IMG/VR virus record: IMGVR_UViG_3300028025_000090
DNA: 64,000 nucleotides
From: a virus
Reading direction: 5' to 3' (one strand)
The notes under the pieces were generated by a model that made no database searches, was not told the origin of the DNA, and saw only the letters and a program-made list of their open reading frames with translations. Made by a program: the position numbers and the translations under genes. Positions 1-9,591 of this stretch are shown here, in pieces (the stretch's first letter is position 1; each line of letters opens with the position of its first letter).

Positions 1-990
1 AATCGTTGCAGAAAGAATGACTACCTTTTCAGCATAATCAAACAAATATTTTGAAAGAACATCAACTTTCAAAGGAATAAATCGAATGGCATTTTCCAAT
101 CGTTCTACGATGTAGTCGCTATCATAGAAAGTATCGACCAACAATTGCAAGGAATTTTGAAGATTGGTGAGTTTGGTGTATTCCTGTTTCTTTTTATTGA
201 AAGTGATGATATCCTTTTTATTACTATTCTCACCAAACCAACTTTTGTATTCTTCTACGGAATTTATTACACTGTCTGCAACCTTGCTAATCCATGCCAA
301 CACCTTGGTTTTGTTATTATCATCATTAGGGAATGGCGTGACGAGTGTTTGAGTCTTCATGAGAAATGGGATATCCACTTCACATGTAAATTGACCGACT
401 AACTGCTCTTCCAATTCCGAACCCTCATCACATACAATGATTTGTCTTTTCTTGAGATGGTTGGGGAGAGAGAAAAACATACTGTAATTCAAAGCAGAAA
501 ACTTTGATGTTAGCATGTTATTACGAGAATTGTAATATGGACAACGATTAGCTTTCCAACACTCATTCTTTTGATTTGCCACGTAAATACATGGTGCGAT
601 ATCAACAGATAATGTATCATCCACATCACACTGGTAATTACTTTTACCTTTTAGGACTCCTGTATCATCGAAAGTATTCTGGTATTGGTCTTGAAGGGAT
701 TTGGTGATCGTCAAAGAATAACATCCAAATGGATCGATATCTTTCATCAATTCTGCACCATTCTCAGCGAATACGCTATAATTCTTCACGAGTCGTTCAA
801 ATTCAACGGGAACATCTTTGGATACGTTCCCAAGGGTTTTAGCTAAGTGTGTTTTACCTACACCTGTGTCTGCATGAACGATTACGAATTTTTTACCATT
901 CTCAAACGCCTTTTCAATAGCATTAAGAGCTTTGGCTTGTTTATCACGAGGGTTAAATCCCTCTGGAAAGTTTAATATTAAGTTACGCAT
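1..990 (-). CDS. DinG/Rad3-like SF2 helicase (3'-truncated by window edge)
   Basis: Not in ORF track; manual translation from ATG at 990: MRNLILNFPEGFNPRDKQ...HADTGVGKT (Walker A), Cys cluster, VCDEGSE (Walker B), ...ILSATI. Confidence 0.8.
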   Translation of the reverse strand, partial: MRNLILNFPEGFNPRDKQAKALNAIEKAFENGKKFVIVHADTGVGKTHLAKTLGNVSKDVPVEFERLVKNYSVFAENGAELMKDIDPFGCYSLTITKSLQDQYQNTFDDTGVLKGKSNYQCDVDDTLSVDIAPCIYVANQKNECWKANRCPYYNSRNNMLTSKFSALNYSMFFSLPNHLKKRQIIVCDEGSELEEQLVGQFTCEVDIPFLMKTQTLVTPFPNDDNNKTKVLAWISKVADSVINSVEEYKSWFGENSNKKDIITFNKKKQEYTKLTNLQNSLQLLVDTFYDSDYIVERLENAIRFIPLKVDVLSKYLFDYAEKVVILSATI

Positions 991-1051
991 TTTCTAAGAT
1001 TTCAATTTTAACATCAAAAGACATTTGATGTGGAAATCCTACCACGTAATT

Positions 1052-1381
1052 TTAGGATGTCAAGACGTAAAGATAATTATCGAAAAATTTAGACGCATCT
1101 GATTTGTTGATCGCTTTCATCTTCCAATAAACTTCTTCAGTTCTTGGACAGAATGCGCTCAGAGCATAATCAAAAATAAATCCATTTTCAATTTTTTTAA
1201 TATCATAAGGATAAGAGATTTCCCATTCTTTGATCTCCCCATCTTCCTCAATTTTAAATCTTACGAAATTTTGTTTCGTGTTAAACATTTGTATTTTACC
1301 CCCTTTTATTGTTCGGGAATTCAAAACAAATTTTACATCACGGAAAATTAATTTTTTTAAATGTTCTTCGATTCTATTCAT
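1052..1381 (-). CDS. hypothetical protein
   Basis: 109-aa ORF, 4-nt overlap with upstream gene. Confidence 0.6.
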   Translation of the reverse strand: MNRIEEHLKKLIFRDVKFVLNSRTIKGGKIQMFNTKQNFVRFKIEEDGEIKEWEISYPYDIKKIENGFIFDYALSAFCPRTEEVYWKMKAINKSDASKFFDNYLYVLTS

Positions 1382-1791
1382 GGGTAAGGGTCGAGATTGA
1401 GTTCGTTGTCCATGTATCGCAATTTCTCGTTTGGACTCATGGGGAATATATTTTCATTGAAAAACTTCCAAAAGTTATCATCTGCTGGGATTTTTTGGAC
1501 GAGGTAGCACATGTCCATTGAGACATTTCTAAAGTCCTGCATGAAGATATCCCATGTGACAACCAGATCATGTCTACGCTCATCAACTTTTTTGGGGTCA
1601 AAAGAACCTGAAAAGTTCAAAGTTGTTTTACCATTATAAGAATTAAGAATCTCCATACTGTTCGTACATAACATCTGACGAATATAAGGTCGTCCTGGTG
1701 AGCGTTCAGGTCGCCTACGAACAATTAATAAATCACAAATATTACTTTTCAGTAATCTTTGCAATTCACTTCGTCTTAACTTTTTCAGCAT
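1378..1791 (-). CDS. hypothetical protein, possibly WYL_2/DUF2693-like SH3 barrel
   Basis: RQMLCTN...VVTWDIFMQDFRNV resembles phage WYL_2-type proteins. Confidence 0.4.
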   Translation of the reverse strand: MLKKLRRSELQRLLKSNICDLLIVRRRPERSPGRPYIRQMLCTNSMEILNSYNGKTTLNFSGSFDPKKVDERRHDLVVTWDIFMQDFRNVSMDMCYLVQKIPADDNFWKFFNENIFPMSPNEKLRYMDNELNLDPYP

Positions 1792-2194
1792 TTACTTCAC
1801 AAACGCCAAACATGCGCTGCTCATTCAAGAACAAACCGTTCTTCACTTTACCATGACCTGTTACTTCCAAGTTGGTGATTGGAATACCCATATTATTAGG
1901 GAACACTACGATATCACCAACTTCAGTGTATCGCACGTTTGGTCCTTTGAGGATGACTTTACCTTTTCTCCAAGCATTATGAACTTGAGCAACAGGAATT
2001 GCAATTCCTCCACGTAGAATATAGTCACCTGTTTCTTCTCCTGTGACCAAATCACAATATTCAAGAAGCATCACATCGTCAAAAAGTTTGGATAGACTAT
2101 AATCATCCAAACCAAAATCACTTGGTAGTGCTTTATCACTGAGATCAATGTGGGATTTTTGAGGGGCTAAAACATCAATAGATACGTTCGACAT
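1766..2194 (-). CDS. groES: GroES/Cpn10 co-chaperonin
   Basis: DDVMLLE...RGGIAIP...GKVILKGP...VGDIVVFP GroES pattern. Confidence 0.75.
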   Translation of the reverse strand: MSNVSIDVLAPQKSHIDLSDKALPSDFGLDDYSLSKLFDDVMLLEYCDLVTGEETGDYILRGGIAIPVAQVHNAWRKGKVILKGPNVRYTEVGDIVVFPNNMGIPITNLEVTGHGKVKNGLFLNEQRMFGVCEVNAEKVKTK

Positions 2195-2199
2195 GAATA

Positions 2200-2205
2200 T
2201 ATTTA
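2200..2205 (-). promoter_or_regulatory. T4-type late promoter core TAAATA, 5 nt before groES ATG
   Basis: TAAATA-N5-ATG. Confidence 0.7.
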
Positions 2206-2215
2206 TTGGTATTAT

Positions 2216-2983
2216 TTATTTGTCAATCGATATTTGACAATTTCCACCGTGCTTAACCTTAAACGGTGTGTTAATATGTTTGTAGTGTTGCACTAAATCG
2301 TGGATCATATTCAATTTATCATAATCTGGTTCTATCCAGTAGTGACCACCTTCCAATTTCATATCTACTAATTGTTGATATGCTATTTTATCTATGGTAT
2401 CATGTGAGACACATGACAAATGATAATTGACACCACCAAAATGATAAACAAAATCAATATTGCTATTATCATTTTCCTCTAATAAAATATTCCGATCATT
2501 CAAATCATTACAAATTTTAATATCTTCTGCGGGTGCAGACGTGGCATCTTCTGGAATTTTATATCCACCAACATTATACCATTCTTCTTTTTTGAAAGAA
2601 ATTGAATTAGGTGATGAATTACCTATCAAAAATTCATCCCCATATATAAGATAACATGGAATATTTCTATAAGCTTTATTCTCATCATATTTTGAAATGT
2701 GATTACTAATTCGGTTTGGTAGAAAAACATCATCGTCGTCCAATGGAAATATTAAATCGTAATTTCCAACGGAAATGCCGATATTTCTTTTCTCTGCAAC
2801 TGTCATTTTCCTGTTACAATTTATAACAGTCACGTTTGAATAATCACAATGCAGTGTCACATTTTTATCATCATTGATGATAACTAAATGTTTATCATCC
2901 CAATCCTGTGATAAGAAAGATGCTAACATCCTTCCCAAATAAGGTATTCTACCGTATGTAGGGCATACAACAAGACTTTTCAT
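2216..2983 (-). CDS. glycosyltransferase family 2
   Basis: VVCPTYGR, LVIIND, FPLDDDD. Confidence 0.85.
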   Translation of the reverse strand: MKSLVVCPTYGRIPYLGRMLASFLSQDWDDKHLVIINDDKNVTLHCDYSNVTVINCNRKMTVAEKRNIGISVGNYDLIFPLDDDDVFLPNRISNHISKYDENKAYRNIPCYLIYGDEFLIGNSSPNSISFKKEEWYNVGGYKIPEDATSAPAEDIKICNDLNDRNILLEENDNSNIDFVYHFGGVNYHLSCVSHDTIDKIAYQQLVDMKLEGGHYWIEPDYDKLNMIHDLVQHYKHINTPFKVKHGGNCQISIDK

Positions 2984-3240
2984 TTTTCTCTTTTTTTAGA
3001 TATATATTTAATATTTTTTCTTTTCAATTTGGGAATCACATTTTCAAAGAATCGAAATGCTTCTTCGTCCGTATCGAATATCTGTGAGTATCTATTCACT
3101 GTCTCATTAGCATAATTCAACAGATCTTTATCATAGAAACTCAAGTAACGAGTGACCATGTATGGAGAAAATTCTTCCAACAATTCATTTGTCATCTCCC
3201 CTTTCTTATCAAAAAGAATATGATTTATTGCGTTAAACAT
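2980..3240 (-). CDS. gp62: clamp loader small subunit (gp62-like)
   Basis: FSPYMVTRYLSF...YANETVNRY...IPKLKRK pattern of T4-like gp62. Confidence 0.6.
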   Translation of the reverse strand: MFNAINHILFDKKGEMTNELLEEFSPYMVTRYLSFYDKDLLNYANETVNRYSQIFDTDEEAFRFFENVIPKLKRKNIKYISKKREK

Positions 3241-4007
3241 AAGCGATTATTGATGATGTTTATATATTCCCCACTGATCTCACTGCCTACAAAATTTCTA
3301 TTATTTTTTATAGCCATTTTAGCAGTAGTTCCACTTCCCATGAACGGATCATATACCAAATCACCTTCATTTGACCAACTTAAAATATGATCTTCTGCCA
3401 ATTTTTCAGGAAAGATTGCGGGATGTTTGTATGCAATTTTATCATCAGACCCATAACCACCTCCTTGCGTATACTTCCAGATATTACGTCGAATACCGAA
3501 TTCAGGAGCGATTTTACTTTCATATTTCTCACCCATAGTCCCGTCTGCTTTTCGACGTTGGCGAGTTTTACCCCAACGCTCTCTCCATTTATTTGGTCTA
3601 TCGCAAATAGGATTGAATGTTTTGATTTTATCTTTGGATAAAACAAACATATATTCAAATGCAGGGTAATATCTATTTTTCACTGGTGAGACACCACTCT
3701 TCTCATAAATGATGACATCATGTAATTTGAAGCCAATTTCTTTGAAGTAAAGAGCTTGACGGAAACTCGTTCCAGATTTATCACCATCTTTAGTCTGATC
3801 ACCGACCACCCAAACAACAACTCCACCTTTCTTAGTGACTTTGAAAAGCCCCTTGGCTACATTTTCAAAGTCGAAAGAATAACCATTATAAGTTCGCAAA
3901 TCATCATATGGAGGACTGGTAACAGTTAAATCAATGGATTCTTCTGACATACTATTCATAGTATCCAGACAATTTTCATTATATATTTTATTAATTTCAA
4001 ACATCAC
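3225..4007 (-). CDS. DNA N4-C/N6-A methyltransferase (beta class)
   Basis: TSPPY motif IV, HPAIFP, DPFMGSGTT motif I. Confidence 0.92.
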   Translation of the reverse strand: MMFEINKIYNENCLDTMNSMSEESIDLTVTSPPYDDLRTYNGYSFDFENVAKGLFKVTKKGGVVVWVVGDQTKDGDKSGTSFRQALYFKEIGFKLHDVIIYEKSGVSPVKNRYYPAFEYMFVLSKDKIKTFNPICDRPNKWRERWGKTRQRRKADGTMGEKYESKIAPEFGIRRNIWKYTQGGGYGSDDKIAYKHPAIFPEKLAEDHILSWSNEGDLVYDPFMGSGTTAKMAIKNNRNFVGSEISGEYINIINNRLCLTQ

Positions 4008-4731
4008 ATTTAATCATTTTATCGTAGTAAATATCAGTTGCTTCTCCACCATCGCTAAACCACTTGGAAGGGAAATAAGATGTCTTATCACCAATCAAAG
4101 CTGCCCACCAAGAAAAGGTAGAGTTGCTCCCCACTACGATATCACAATTTGACATATATGCAAGATCTTTAATATCAGAATCGGAATGTAATATTTCAAA
4201 TTTATAATTCGGAAATTCGTTGATTACATGATTTGGATCATCAGTGAATACTTTAATATTTTGCCCTTTGTATTTTTCAAAGAACTTTTCAAAGTATTCT
4301 GTATGACAAACATGATGAATTGTAGCATGTTTGAGATAATCCCCTCTTCTAATATGAAATGCTATATCAATTTCTGAATCAACTTCTGGCAAGTTCAATA
4401 AAGAAATAAATTCATCTTTATATTCTTCGAAATATTTCAAAGATTGAAAATACCCATTCAATGATACAGACCCTACATGGAATGGTAACTCATCATAATT
4501 AAATCTTTTTTCATGGATACCAATCACATCTCTAGTGAAACAATTACCATATTCAAAATTCTTGAAAATTGTATCCTTATACACTAAAGGATTGGTTCCT
4601 TGACCAGCAAACCAATTATAAGGGTTGACGATCAATTTCTTACCATGTTTCTTGGCATAAGCATAGCCAGCAGCTATTTGAAATAACTGATTGCCCACGC
4701 CACCAATAACATTTACGTAGCAACTATTCAT
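3997..4731 (-). CDS. GT11 alpha-1,2-fucosyltransferase-like
   Basis: GGVGNQLFQ, GYFQS, HIRRGDY, NSTFSWWAA. Confidence 0.9.
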   Translation of the reverse strand: MNSCYVNVIGGVGNQLFQIAAGYAYAKKHGKKLIVNPYNWFAGQGTNPLVYKDTIFKNFEYGNCFTRDVIGIHEKRFNYDELPFHVGSVSLNGYFQSLKYFEEYKDEFISLLNLPEVDSEIDIAFHIRRGDYLKHATIHHVCHTEYFEKFFEKYKGQNIKVFTDDPNHVINEFPNYKFEILHSDSDIKDLAYMSNCDIVVGSNSTFSWWAALIGDKTSYFPSKWFSDGGEATDIYYDKMIKCDV

Positions 4732-4733
4732 AT

Positions 4734-5330
4734 TTAAAATTGAAATAATATAATTTTGTTATCGTAGTATGTTCCGAAATCGAAATATGAAAATTCTGCA
4801 TTTGGAGTTTTTTTCAAAATGTTGAGTAATCCGTTCGGATCATAACCAACATCTTCTATTATAATGACACCTCCCTTTTCTATTTTATCAGAATATAATT
4901 CTAACAATCTGACATGAGAATCTGGAGAATGGGGACCATCATCGATAAGAATCGTTATATTTTCAAATTTATTTGCTATTTCCTCGGTGTATGCGTCTCC
5001 TACTATATATTCAACATTTTTCCCAGAAATCCATTCATTATTTATTGGCACAGAATGTTCATTTTTATCATATAGATTATCTAAACCATATATTTTACTA
5101 TCTTCTGAAAAATATTCCCTCCATAATTTTAAAGATGCTCCGCTTCTAACTCCAATTTCAACTATAGTGTTATTATTGTCTCTAAATTTTTTAAAGAAAT
5201 CTTCATAAAATTTATCTATATAAGATTTTGGATGACCTTTATCTGTCCCGTAATTAGGATTAATTCTCATATTTTCTTCATCGAAAATATTCAGTTTATA
5301 TTCATTTAAAATTTGTTTCAATGTTTTCAT
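4734..5330 (-). CDS. class I SAM-dependent methyltransferase, probable sugar O-methyltransferase
   Basis: GTDK..Y, VEIGVRSGASL, IDDGPH, IIEDV. Confidence 0.8.
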   Translation of the reverse strand: MKTLKQILNEYKLNIFDEENMRINPNYGTDKGHPKSYIDKFYEDFFKKFRDNNNTIVEIGVRSGASLKLWREYFSEDSKIYGLDNLYDKNEHSVPINNEWISGKNVEYIVGDAYTEEIANKFENITILIDDGPHSPDSHVRLLELYSDKIEKGGVIIIEDVGYDPNGLLNILKKTPNAEFSYFDFGTYYDNKIILFQF

Positions 5331-6142
5331 AATAATTTATTTATAATTTCATTTATATTATTTTTTGTGTGAAATCCCATATCATTTATTTTCGATGTAT
5401 CCAAATACATTGATTCAACTTGTACTATTTTATGGAAATCCGATGGTTCCATGTTTCCTATTTTGCTGGAAGAATCCAGTGCTTGATATGCATAATCTAT
5501 GATATCTCTGAATAAAATTGGCTTTCCACCTGATAAGTTATACGTTTCACCATTTTGCCCTTTGTCCATTAAAAATTCAATACCAGACACGACATCATCT
5601 ATGTGAATATAATCTCTATAAAAATTACCATTATTATAAAGATTGATTGGGTTGTTTTCCCTCATCTCATTTATCAAATATTGAAGAGCGTTTTTCTTTT
5701 TTGAAATTTTGGAATCAGAATTTCCAACCACATTACCCAATCTGATTATTTTATAATCAATATTGAATGTTTTACAGTAAGAATGAATTAACAATTCAGC
5801 CGCATATTTAGTTATAGAATAAAATCCTCTTGGATTGCAAATCGAATCCTCTCTAGCTGGAAGGGTGGTGTCCCCATATACAAACCAAGAACTTATAAAG
5901 GTAAATTCCATACCTTTTATTTTTCTACATTCATCCAATACGTTCATAAGATGAATCAGATTTGTATTTATATCTAACTTAGAATCCGTTAAAACGTTGT
6001 AATTATCAACAGTGCTTATCAAATACAAAACTTTATCACTAATAGGAGTGAAAGAATTTCTATCTATAATTGCTACATCAGACTTCTTTTTATCACAAAA
6101 AGCCTGTCCTATAAAACCACTACCACCAAATACAGATATCAT
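5327..6142 (-). CDS. NAD-dependent epimerase/dehydratase (extended SDR)
   Basis: GGSGFIG, FISSWFVYG, YSITK (YxxxK), RDYIHIDD. Confidence 0.9.
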   Translation of the reverse strand: MISVFGGSGFIGQAFCDKKKSDVAIIDRNSFTPISDKVLYLISTVDNYNVLTDSKLDINTNLIHLMNVLDECRKIKGMEFTFISSWFVYGDTTLPAREDSICNPRGFYSITKYAAELLIHSYCKTFNIDYKIIRLGNVVGNSDSKISKKKNALQYLINEMRENNPINLYNNGNFYRDYIHIDDVVSGIEFLMDKGQNGETYNLSGGKPILFRDIIDYAYQALDSSSKIGNMEPSDFHKIVQVESMYLDTSKINDMGFHTKNNINEIINKLL

Positions 6143-7425
6143 TGGAATTTTGAAATTACGTCTTCGATATAATCAAATACTGGCTGCGTGTAATGCGGTG
6201 CAGCCCCGACAAAAAATACAGAATTCAACACTTTGTTAGCTTCAGGATATTTTCTATAATCATCCAAGTCTTTATATCCAGGATGTAAGAGAATATTTCC
6301 AGCAAAATAATTTCTTGTTTGAATTTTATTATCTTCTAAATGCTTGACGATTCTATGCTTAACACCAATATCTTCGCAGATGAATGGTGTCCCGAACCAA
6401 CAAGGATCTGCTTTTTCTAAAACTTTCGGGCTTCTAATATTGGAGATGTGTTTATTGAAAATTTCTGATATTTTACGATTAGAATTTCTTCTATTGGATT
6501 CCATTTCATCCAATTTTTCAAGCTGAACCAAACCAATAGCACCTTGTAAATCTAAAGGTTTTAAATTATACCCCATTTCAGAAAAAACATATTTATGATC
6601 TATAACACCGTCAAAATTCTCCAGCCAATTATCAAATCTGTTACCACATGTTCCACAAGGGAGCAAATTTGCAGCCCCCACACAGTAACAATCTCTACCC
6701 CACCAACTCAAACTCACGAATAATTTTTTAAGTTCAATGTCGTTTGAACACACCATACCACCCTCTCCTGTCGAGATGTGATGAGCAGGATAAAAAGAAT
6801 TGGAATACGCTACATAGTATTCATTGAGATATTTCCCATCCCACTTACTTCCCAAACTATCGCAATTATCACCTACCAAAAGAATCCCATGTTTTTCGCT
6901 AATAGCGATTAACTTATCCATATCTGGCGGATTTCCTAAAACTGGAGAAACAAAAATAGCTTTTGTTTTATTTGTTATTTTGGATTCTATTTGTTCTAGA
7001 TCGAAGTTTAAAGTATCCCATTCAATATCAACAAATACAGGAGTTAATTTATTTTGATAAATAACAGAAACGGTAGTGGCGAATCCAACAGGAGATACAA
7101 TCACTTCATCTCCGTCTTGCCAATTAAATCGTCGTTTCAATGCTGAAATTAAAACAAGATTCGCAGAACTTCCAGAATTCACCATATGCCCATATTTGGT
7201 ATTAAACCTTTTAGAAAATTGACTTTCAAATTTATGAACCTTTTCTCCAGCAGTGATCCACTTACCATTTAAAAATGAATCTAATGCTGCTTCAGTTTCT
7301 CGATTATCCCAGTATGGACCAGAATAATATATTGGAGTTTTTCCATGTTTAAATTCTTTAGCATTATAGATATAAGGCGATACATGATTGCCTACCAGTG
7401 TTTTAATATCTTCTTTTAAGATCAT
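6139..7425 (-). CDS. rfbH: RfbH/DdhC-like CDP-4-keto-6-deoxyglucose 3-dehydrase (DegT family)
   Basis: VNSGSSANL, SFYPAHHISTGEGG (His at the PLP-Lys position), WGRDCYC...C...C Fe-S-type cysteines. Confidence 0.8.
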   Translation of the reverse strand: MILKEDIKTLVGNHVSPYIYNAKEFKHGKTPIYYSGPYWDNRETEAALDSFLNGKWITAGEKVHKFESQFSKRFNTKYGHMVNSGSSANLVLISALKRRFNWQDGDEVIVSPVGFATTVSVIYQNKLTPVFVDIEWDTLNFDLEQIESKITNKTKAIFVSPVLGNPPDMDKLIAISEKHGILLVGDNCDSLGSKWDGKYLNEYYVAYSNSFYPAHHISTGEGGMVCSNDIELKKLFVSLSWWGRDCYCVGAANLLPCGTCGNRFDNWLENFDGVIDHKYVFSEMGYNLKPLDLQGAIGLVQLEKLDEMESNRRNSNRKISEIFNKHISNIRSPKVLEKADPCWFGTPFICEDIGVKHRIVKHLEDNKIQTRNYFAGNILLHPGYKDLDDYRKYPEANKVLNSVFFVGAAPHYTQPVFDYIEDVISKFQ

Positions 7426-7427
7426 AA

Positions 7428-8111
7428 TTATTTTATAGTTGAATTAAAAATATAAGGTTCGAATCTCTCAATTACATAAGGAGCATCTTCCACATTTTCC
7501 AAGAATTCTAATACCTTCTTGTAAAATGTCAAGGGTCTTAATTTTATTTGATTTTTGGAAATTCCAAAATGTGCGCCTGGAGTGAATTCAAAAAATTCAG
7601 GACATTTACATTCGAAAAACAATTTCCAAGAATCCTCTAAATTAAGAGGTCTTACCCACATTCCACTTCCTGTTTTATCACATGTTAATATCTTTCCACC
7701 AAATTGATTAGATGGCTGTAAAGCCCACATTGTTCCTATGCTATTCCAATGATACCCCCAATATTCTTCGAAATGTTGACTAGCTTTCTCATTCCAAAAT
7801 TCTATGTCTCCATTTATAATATCTGTATAATTTTCAATATGATCGAATGGATAATCTTGTGAAAAAAATGTATAATCTGCTAAATTTTCATATTGGGATA
7901 CTATGTGGTAAAAAAACGTGTGAACATCTCTACCTATATTGTTTTCCAAAAATATCTCATTTGAATGACTTATCAAATTCCCTTTTCTATATATTTTAAC
8001 AGATACATCTGGATTTATTTTACTGATCCAACTTATATCTCTATCATATAACGATATCACTAATTCTTTGTTCATATTAATCAAAAATTCCTTTTTTACC
8101 ATGAAAAGCAA
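7428..8111 (-). CDS. DUF3431-like protein (putative glycosyltransferase)
   Basis: NIGRDVHTFFYHIV, FSQDYPFDH, FTPGAHFGISKNQIKLRP. Confidence 0.7.
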   Translation of the reverse strand: MLFMVKKEFLINMNKELVISLYDRDISWISKINPDVSVKIYRKGNLISHSNEIFLENNIGRDVHTFFYHIVSQYENLADYTFFSQDYPFDHIENYTDIINGDIEFWNEKASQHFEEYWGYHWNSIGTMWALQPSNQFGGKILTCDKTGSGMWVRPLNLEDSWKLFFECKCPEFFEFTPGAHFGISKNQIKLRPLTFYKKVLEFLENVEDAPYVIERFEPYIFNSTIK

Positions 8112-8721
8112 GTGGTTTAATCCCTATAGTTTCTGGTAATTGAGTTTCATGTGAAAAATATTTAGCAACATCAATATCAGCAAATTTCATCCCATGCTCT
8201 TTGTATACGTGACGATAATTGACACATATAAATCCATCTTCGTTAGTAAATCCATGGAAAGGTTTCCACTCTAATTTTAATTCTGATGCTAAATCTGTCA
8301 ATCTTTTACTTCTCAAAGAAACACTATTCCCGACTCGTATTAACTCACCATTTATGTCTCTGAATGAGAAATCATCATTAGGAAGCGGCCATGGTGCGCC
8401 GATGTAATCATATTTTAAAAATTCATCTCTCCACATTTCAGGATTAATTATAAACCCATCATCATGAATCAAAATTAAAAATTCTGTATTCACATGTTTC
8501 CCTAATTTATAAATTATATCATGATTCCACTCGTCTATATTTGACATTTTTTCAGTGAATTCATGAGTGATTTCATCAGGAAGATTTTCGGGTATAATGT
8601 CAGAAACAATTTTAACAGCCCCAAAATTTATACCACGCATACTATACTGCAAAGCTTTTATAGTCTGTGGAATTTTCACAGATGTCATGGCAATTAATGT
8701 AACATTTGGAAGATTGATCAT
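8077..8721 (-). CDS. DUF5672-like GT-A protein
   Basis: LIHDDGFIINP, YDYIGAPW, VGNSVSLRSK, NEDGFIC. Confidence 0.75.
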   Translation of the reverse strand: MINLPNVTLIAMTSVKIPQTIKALQYSMRGINFGAVKIVSDIIPENLPDEITHEFTEKMSNIDEWNHDIIYKLGKHVNTEFLILIHDDGFIINPEMWRDEFLKYDYIGAPWPLPNDDFSFRDINGELIRVGNSVSLRSKRLTDLASELKLEWKPFHGFTNEDGFICVNYRHVYKEHGMKFADIDVAKYFSHETQLPETIGIKPLAFHGKKGIFD

Positions 8722-8724
8722 ATT

Positions 8725-9591
8725 TTATTGTTTAATCATGTGGTGATATTTTTCAATATTATCTAACAAATATTTTGGATAAGATTCATCTACTGCGACT
8801 AATTCAAGTTTACTTCTTGAAAACGGATCGATATTATTCTCAATATTGAAATTAATTTTATCGAGAATATCTTGATTATTGAGTTCTTGGTGTGAATAAG
8901 CCTTTATTTTATTTTTAACGTGATCTTGATCACCCATAAAACTAAAGTGCCACCCGCCATTTGATAGCTCACAATTTTTTTGCGCTCGTAGTTCATTAAA
9001 TGAATAGTGTTTAATATTTTTAAATCTACTGATCCGAGAACCTCTCCAATTGTATTCTTTCAATAAATTTATATAGTAATAATAAGTAGTTTGCTGGAGG
9101 GTGAAGAACGGCTCCATATCAATAAACTTATCAACTTTTGATAAAATTTCAGGGTTCGGGATCTCATCACAATCGGACAATATGATTATATCATCGTCTG
9201 AACAATTCACTAATCCCCTTCTTACAGATTCTTTTTGAAAGAAATCCCGCCCATAATGGGGGTGTATTTCAGGTATAAATAATTCAGTGTCATTTATAAA
9301 TTTGTATATATCCTTTAAACATTCTTCATCGAATGATTTGGGAGTATCTATTGTTGGCAGGTTTGTGAAATCTGTTGGAATATCATCAATTTTAATGTGA
9401 ATTATTTTATGGAGAAATTTGGAAAATCTCTCTTTATTATCTTCAAAAATATAAGATTTTGGAAGACCACTATGGGTAACATCTGCTTCACACAACACGA
9501 AATAATCGACATATTCATCTAGTATATTGAAGCGAAGTTCTAATAAATCTAATTCATTAAAAAATATAAAGCAGTCGTAGATTTTTCTCAT
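8725..9591 (-). CDS. GT17 (MGAT3-like beta-1,4-GlcNAc transferase) family
   Basis: YDCFIFFNELDLLELR, SDCDEIP, GGWHFSF. Confidence 0.88.
   Translation of the reverse strand: MRKIYDCFIFFNELDLLELRFNILDEYVDYFVLCEADVTHSGLPKSYIFEDNKERFSKFLHKIIHIKIDDIPTDFTNLPTIDTPKSFDEECLKDIYKFINDTELFIPEIHPHYGRDFFQKESVRRGLVNCSDDDIIILSDCDEIPNPEILSKVDKFIDMEPFFTLQQTTYYYYINLLKEYNWRGSRISRFKNIKHYSFNELRAQKNCELSNGGWHFSFMGDQDHVKNKIKAYSHQELNNQDILDKINFNIENNIDPFSRSKLELVAVDESYPKYLLDNIEKYHHMIKQ

Noticed and set aside
4734-5330. MKTLKQILNE start of the methyltransferase as a capsid-targeting leader
   Set aside because: No TAAATA upstream and the gene lies mid-operon; similar N-termini occur in such enzymes, so it may be coincidental.
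7456-7465. GGTTCGAATC tRNA T-loop-like motif
   Set aside because: Lies inside a CDS on the opposite strand, and no acceptor, D or anticodon stems can be folded around it.
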